Assembly (NCBI GenBank): GCA_016906335.1
Contig: JADEYG010000009.1
Span: forward strand, 1,488,001 to 1,552,000
Origin: Novakomyces olei
Taxonomy: Eukaryota
Length of the DNA stretch: 64,000 nt
Direction of reading: 5' to 3'
Below the pieces are notes generated by a model that saw only the letters and a list, made by a program, of their open reading frames with translations, made no database searches and had not been told where the DNA came from. Of the stretch, positions 58,219-64,000 are shown in pieces. Made by a program: the position numbers and the translations under genes. Positions within the stretch are counted from its first letter, which is position 1. Every line of letters begins with the position of its first letter.

Positions 58219-61200
58219 ATGCCGCCTCGGCTGAAGCAGGATCCGCACGATGAAGCCGGGGAACAAGGTCAGACGATGCCGTCTCAGATTCGGCAGCCTA
58301 GTTCAGTCCGTCAGATTTTTACTCTGATCTGTAAAAACTACTTCGTTTTCGGCCGCTACTGGTTCGTCAACGTGGTGCGGGCCCTCATTCTCCCCATTTT
58401 GTTTTACGCTTTTCTATGTACGCAATCGCCAAACACTCTACTGCCGCTAACGGGACAGGCGAGGCACAGAATCTACTAGGATCGGCTGCCACGTACGGCG
58501 TGGGCACCTTTCGAGCCCTGCCCACGTTAGACGTGGCACTCCAGTCGAGATTGCTCGTGCTCGTAGATCACCGGCCCACCGACGCATCGCGCCAATTGCT
58601 GGACACTGTGCAAAACCAGACGCGTAATTCCCATCACGTGTACCGTGTGGACCCTGACTTTGACGTAACGCAGCTTTGTCTAGGCAATTACCAGGGCGCT
58701 TCACGTTGTGCAGCGGCAGTTGACATGTACCAAGTATCGTTATCGCCTCCAGTCTTAAACTATCAGCTGCGCAGTGCGAGATACGTGGGCCTGAATGTTG
58801 TTCAGCACGAAAGCACAACGGAAACCGCATTGCCGGTACAATTTGCTATTGACAGCGCCTTCATGCGGCTTATCTCCGTCGAGTATCCCACGCCAGAGAT
58901 TCTCACGTGGACCCCGGAAACGGAAGCGCAGCGCGTCACTGCCTCCCGCAGATCTTACCTCGGCACTATTCATACCATTTTGGGACTTGGGTTCTTCGTG
59001 GGAATGGTGGGCGTTATTTACCACTTGGTGGGATCGATCGTAAGTGAGCGTGAAAATGGAACTACCGCGCTTCTTACTTCCATGGGCGTGGGATACACCG
59101 TACGTACGTGGGCCTGGTACCTTTCTTTTGCCGTGCTTTACCTTTGCGCGTGGATCGTGATGGGTGTACTGAACAAAGTTATCTTGTTTGTTCACTCTCC
59201 GACAAGTATCCCACTTTGTCTGCAGATATTTTTTGGATTCACTCTAGTTAGCTGGTCGCTTTTTGTGGCTGTCTGGTTTCGTAGGGCTATGCTTTCCAGT
59301 ATTGTTGCTGTTGCTATTGCTCTTGTGTGTGCTATTGTCGCTCAAATTATAAAGGCGCAAAGCACGGCGGCTGTTGTATGCCTTGGCTTGGTTTTTCCGC
59401 CAGTGACTTATGTTTTCGGGATCCTTTTGTTGGCCGGTGCGGAGCGGAATGGAGTCGGTCTTCGTTGGGCTCATAATACGCGTAAGTTTCTAAAATCGCT
59501 TGATTTCTGTTTTTTTATTTGTGCGGTCAAGATTTTCTCAGAGACATGGTCTCTTTCCTCCTAAAAAGTCGTTAATTTCATTACATAGTCAGCTAATCAA
59601 TTTACTGTTTGTTTGTTTGTTTGTTTGTTTGTTTGTTTGTTTGTTTGTCTATCTTTATCTAATGCAACAGCGTACACTGGCACTCCATTCATTGCTGTCT
59701 TTATCGTCATGCTTGTTGATATAGTAATATTCCCAGCATTGGCAGTTGTTTTTGAACACAAACTTTACGGAACAAGCCCCAGTATCTTTGATCGTAAATC
59801 CAAAATCACAGAGCTTGACAATCCCTCAGAGGCGGCAATCAGCTTACAAGGACTGGAAAAATGGTTCAGTCCCAATACATTTTTCCAGAGAAAAAGAAAT
59901 ATTGTCCATGCGGTGCAAGGCATTAGTCTCGAGTTTCGTCGGAACGAAATAAATTGCTTTCTGGGCCCAAATGGCTCTGGAAAATCGACAACAATGGAGA
60001 TGATTGCCGGTATTTTACGGCCCAGTGCGGGCAGTATAACAGTTGAAGGATTTAGTCGAAGCAAAGCACCTTCAGGTCTTATTTCCCTTTGCCCACAGAA
60101 AAACGTATTGTGGGACTGTCTGAGTGTCAGGCAGCACGTTTGGATTTGGAGGAATCTCAAGTCACTATACAGCACTGGAGCCTTTAGCGACGTTGACTCG
60201 CTCATACGGCAATGCGATCTTTCCACTAAAGCTCACGCAAAAGCCGGATCTCTTTCTGGTGGGCAAAAACGGAAGTTGCAGCTGGCCATTGCCTTTGCTG
60301 GAGCTTCGCCGATCTGTATGATCGATGAAGTTAGCTCCGGGCTGGATCCTTTGTCGCGAAGACTGATATGGGAGATTATACTCTCGTACCGTGCTGAGGG
60401 CAAAACCATTGTAATGACTACGCATTACTTGGACGAGGCCGATAATCTGGCGGATTATGTGGTGATTATGAGACGAGGCCTGGTGGTCTCTGCCGGGTCG
60501 ACTGTAGAGTTTAAAAGGAATTATGGCAATGGGTATAAGCTGCACATAGTCCGTAGAGCTGATGTGGAGAAAATCAATGACGACAACGATAATGGCCAAT
60601 GTGGGAATGAAGGCAATGGAAATCGGTTACGCCGAGTCGGAAGCCGATCGGAAACAGCGATTGCCGGTCGGCACGATGACATGCACGATGTTATTGATTA
60701 CTTGAAATCTGAGTGTGGACCTGATCACGTGGCAGTCGGGTACAATTGCCTTATTTCCGGAGAGCTGGAAGTTAGTTGTGGAATTGAGCATAGTACAGTG
60801 GCAGCTTTTGTTGATGCAGCAGAGGCAGGAAGGCAATTGCTTCGAATACAAGATTACCAAATTGCCGGGCCGACTGTGGAGGACGTGTTTCTAGAAATAT
60901 TAGAGGATGCTGCTAATGATTTGCCTCGTTCTGATTCTCCTTCCAGCGAAGCAGTGGATGGGGACAAGACGCTTGCTCTGCCGGAAAAGCAGAGTACAGG
61001 TCAAAGTGCAGAGCAGGAAGATGACGCAGGCATTGTCGAGCAGGTGAGCAGTTATAATGTGAGCGGGAGCCCGGAAAGTATAAGTAAATTGGGCTTAGAT
61101 AGCAGCGAAAAGGCAAACACTAAAGCAGGCGGCGTTTACAGTGAAGACAAAAGTCTACACGACAAGGGAGACAAGGGAGACGTGGTGGGGAGCAGTGGAA

Positions 61201-63860
61201 AAGGCCTTGCTGATAAAGAGCCTAGCGACCGTCGAGCAATGCGAAACCAAGAGCGCACTCTGCCAGACTGCTCTGTAATTAACCCTAACCCTAACCCTAG
61301 CTCAAATGGAGCACTACATCGCGGCCGGCCTATCCCGGTCACGCAACAGATTACAATCATCTTGCATAAACGATGGATGATTTTTAAGCGCAGGTTTTAC
61401 CCTTCGCTCTACGCAGTCCTCGTGGGCATTTTGGCCTGTGGTATATCCCTCGTTTTTATCCCTCCCTCGTACACGATCCGCTGTACAAGAGTCGATGCTA
61501 ATCCCGGAGTGCCCTTGAGCTTCCCTTCTTCTCAGCTTGGCATTCCTTTTGTCTTTGCAAACAATGATCTCCTGCAGCCTTTAGCGTCTCGGGACGGGTA
61601 CAGTTTAGTGCAAATTGATCCTCGGCAGAGCAATAATTATCGAGATACAACAGGCCATTCTGGCGATGATAATTCGGACGATAACGGCAATAATCGCAAC
61701 AATAGTACGGCTGAGTCAAACTCGACTGTGCGCTATAGCCCTGTGAATTCATCTGCCGGCCTTCGATCCAGTATTCTCGAGTACCAAGTCGATCTTGGCT
61801 GGTACGATGCTGGGCTTTTCTATGACGTAACTGACCCTTCCACGGCTACGCCTTACCTGGCTCTGCCGCCTTTTGCTTCACATGCAGTTGGATTCCTTAA
61901 TTTTATTAGTAACTCGGTGCTGAAAGCCGCAACTGGGCAATTATCGAATGCAAGGAACCCGATAAATGTGACTTACACAACGTTTAGTATACGTGTTTGG
62001 GGATCAGCCGGTGGAGCATTGAAATTCCTCTTTTTTTTCGGCCTAGGGCTCTCCGTTTACCCTGCTTTTTCACTGCTTTACCCGAGTGCCGAGCGTGCTA
62101 GGCTTGTGAAGGCACTGCAATTTTCAAACGGGGTTAAACCTGTTTCCCTTTGGCTCGCACATTTAATATGGGAACTGCCCACAATTACGCTCGTTTCCAC
62201 CGTGCTTGTTATTGTTTACGCGGCAACGCGTCCGGACGCGTTTGGCAGCCTTGGCCATTTCTGGCTCATTTTGGAAACTTATGGAATCGCCAGTACTATT
62301 ATGGCGTTTGGTGTTTCCCTGTTTATTAGCAACTCCTTGGCTGCTTTTGCCCTTTTTGCCGGGTTTCAAGTCGTTTATTTCATACTTTACGTGGCAGGAA
62401 TCCTGATCAATTGGACTTATGCGCCCACGCAAAACGCGACGCGTAACGAACGCGTTATTTACTTTACAATGGCTCTATTATCGCCCATTGTCAGTGCAAC
62501 GAGAGCGTTTCTCGTATCCCTAAACGTGTTTGGCATTTCTTGCATTGGGCCCAGTATGTCTCTTGCCACTTTTTGGGGCGATATACTAGCGTACGGTGGG
62601 CCTATCTTGTACATAATCACACAAATCGCGGTCTTTGCCCTGTGCCTCGTTTGCTGGGACTCTGGTGTGTTTAATAAGGCAAAAATAAGGGCAGTTGAAC
62701 ACTTTTTTGCTCGAGCTTTTAGCTCATTCACCGGCACTAGTACCGAAAGCGATGCAGATCAAAAAGCTGGCGAGAAGCAGCGAGAGGCCACGGACGAGGA
62801 GTCATCGCTTGATGGGCCGCTCAGTGATGACGTCATGGCTGAGCGAAGACGGGTAGCCGGTGGAGGCCGAGTTGCGTGCATCGACGATCTGCGGGTGGTT
62901 GATTTGGTGAAAAAATTTAATGGACAAATTGCCGTTGAAAACGTCTCCTTTGGCGTCCGCCGAGGGGAATGTTTTGCATTGCTCGGCCCTAATGGAGCCG
63001 GCAAAACGACCACCTTTAACCTTTTGCGTGGAGAATTAAGTGCAGATAGTGGAACTGCCTTTGTTCATGGTGTAAACATTTTCCAAAACAAAAGCCTGGC
63101 GCGATCAAGCCTTGGCGTTTGTCCGCAGTTTGATGCGTTTGACGATTTAACGGTTGCCCAGCATTTACAGTATTACGCGGCTATCAAGGGTGTTCCCACA
63201 GCGGCGGCTAAACAGGATGTTGACACTGTTATGCAGCAGGTCGGCATTCACACATTTGCCGATCGCATAGCCGCCACCTTATCCGGCGGCAATAAGCGCA
63301 AACTGTCTCTCGCTATCGCCATGCTTGGTAATCCTGCAGTATTGCTTGTTGATGAAGCCTCAAGTGGGGTCGACGCTGCTGCAAAGAGGTTTATCTGGAA
63401 AACCCTGACAAAGATAATTCCAGACAGAGCGGTTGTCCTGACAACGCATTCCATGGAGGAAGCGGACGCGCTCGCGTCGCGTATCGGGATTCTAGCGCGT
63501 CGTTTCCTGGCGATGGGGACGATTTCCGAGTTGCGGCAAAGGTACTTTGACGGGTACCAAGTGCAAATGGAGCTGGGCAGCTCTACAGACGCGTCTGAGC
63601 GGATGCGTTCTCTGACGGCTCTGGACGCGTTTATGAGTGCCAATTTTAAAAATTGTCACCGTGAAGCCTCGCGTAGTTTTGGCGTTGTTCATTACACTGT
63701 TCCGTCTGATTCTCATATGCAAAGCGTTGCTGGGCTTTTTAGAATATTAGATGCTGCCCCAGAGTCGGTGGGCCTAAAGAACTTTTCCGTTTCTGAAGCG
63801 ACTCTTGAAGATTTGTTTTTGCGCATTGTCAGACCTAATTTTGGTACGAGCGATATTTGA
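58219..63860 (+). CDS. Full-size ABCA-subfamily transporter (TMD-NBD)2, 3 exons
   Basis: Two introns (from about 58418 and about 59482) join the three track ORFs. NBD1 GPNGSGKST/LSGGQKRKL/DEVSSGLD; NBD2 GPNGAGKTT/LSGGNKRKL; TTHSMEEAD; TLEDLFL. Confidence 0.93.
59606..59648. repeat. (TTTG)n microsatellite in ABCA intron 2
   Basis: Read directly; it explains the false MFVCLFVCL start in the ORF track. Confidence 0.95.
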
Positions 63861-64000
63861 GCAGGTCAATGTATCTGTCTGTATCCACTTTTTATTCATT
63901 CATTCATTCTTTTGTTGTTTGTTGGTCATTTATTTGTTTATATCAAGCTTTGGCGTTTGTGCATTTAAACGGCTGAGAAATATTGTTGTTTATATTTGTG

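Noticed and set aside
1-64000. Alternative CUG genetic code
   Set aside because: CTG falls at conserved Leu positions, for example in GSH1 MGLLVLGKPLDW.

Overview
Eukaryotic, intron-containing fungal genomic DNA with GC-richer exons and AT-rich introns and spacers. The gene set (complex I subunit NDUFB7, velvet protein, GCL modifier subunit, glutaryl-CoA dehydrogenase, full-size ABCA transporter, delta-12 desaturase) and the degenerate GT donors suggest an ascomycete outside the Saccharomyces and Schizosaccharomyces lineages, possibly an early-diverging yeast-like one; the species cannot be fixed from sequence alone. I reconstructed about 21 protein genes by hand-splicing: RPF1 (truncated at the window edge), NDUFB7, GSH1, GCDH, a GT90/CAP10-like glycosyltransferase, GCLM, a DHA1 MFS transporter, ARF6, ATG2, an orphan, GYP1, an ankyrin protein, CEM1, HRP1-like, a second orphan, PRP6, DCD1, TPA1, a velvet protein, FAD2, a TACC/Alp7-like protein and ABCA. 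The apparently empty 8.6-11.3 kb interval holds two RNA genes. One is an SRP RNA gene (about 10956-11285, +) with extra S-domain hairpins. The other, divergent from it, is an about 840-nt highly base-paired RNA (10548 to 9710, -) that ends in a hairpin plus ACA box and fills a 901-nt intron of an apparently non-coding spliced host transcript. That second RNA is the best candidate for an undescribed system. No transposase, reverse transcriptase, CRISPR, tRNA or rRNA was recognised. All RNA structures were paired by eye, not computed.
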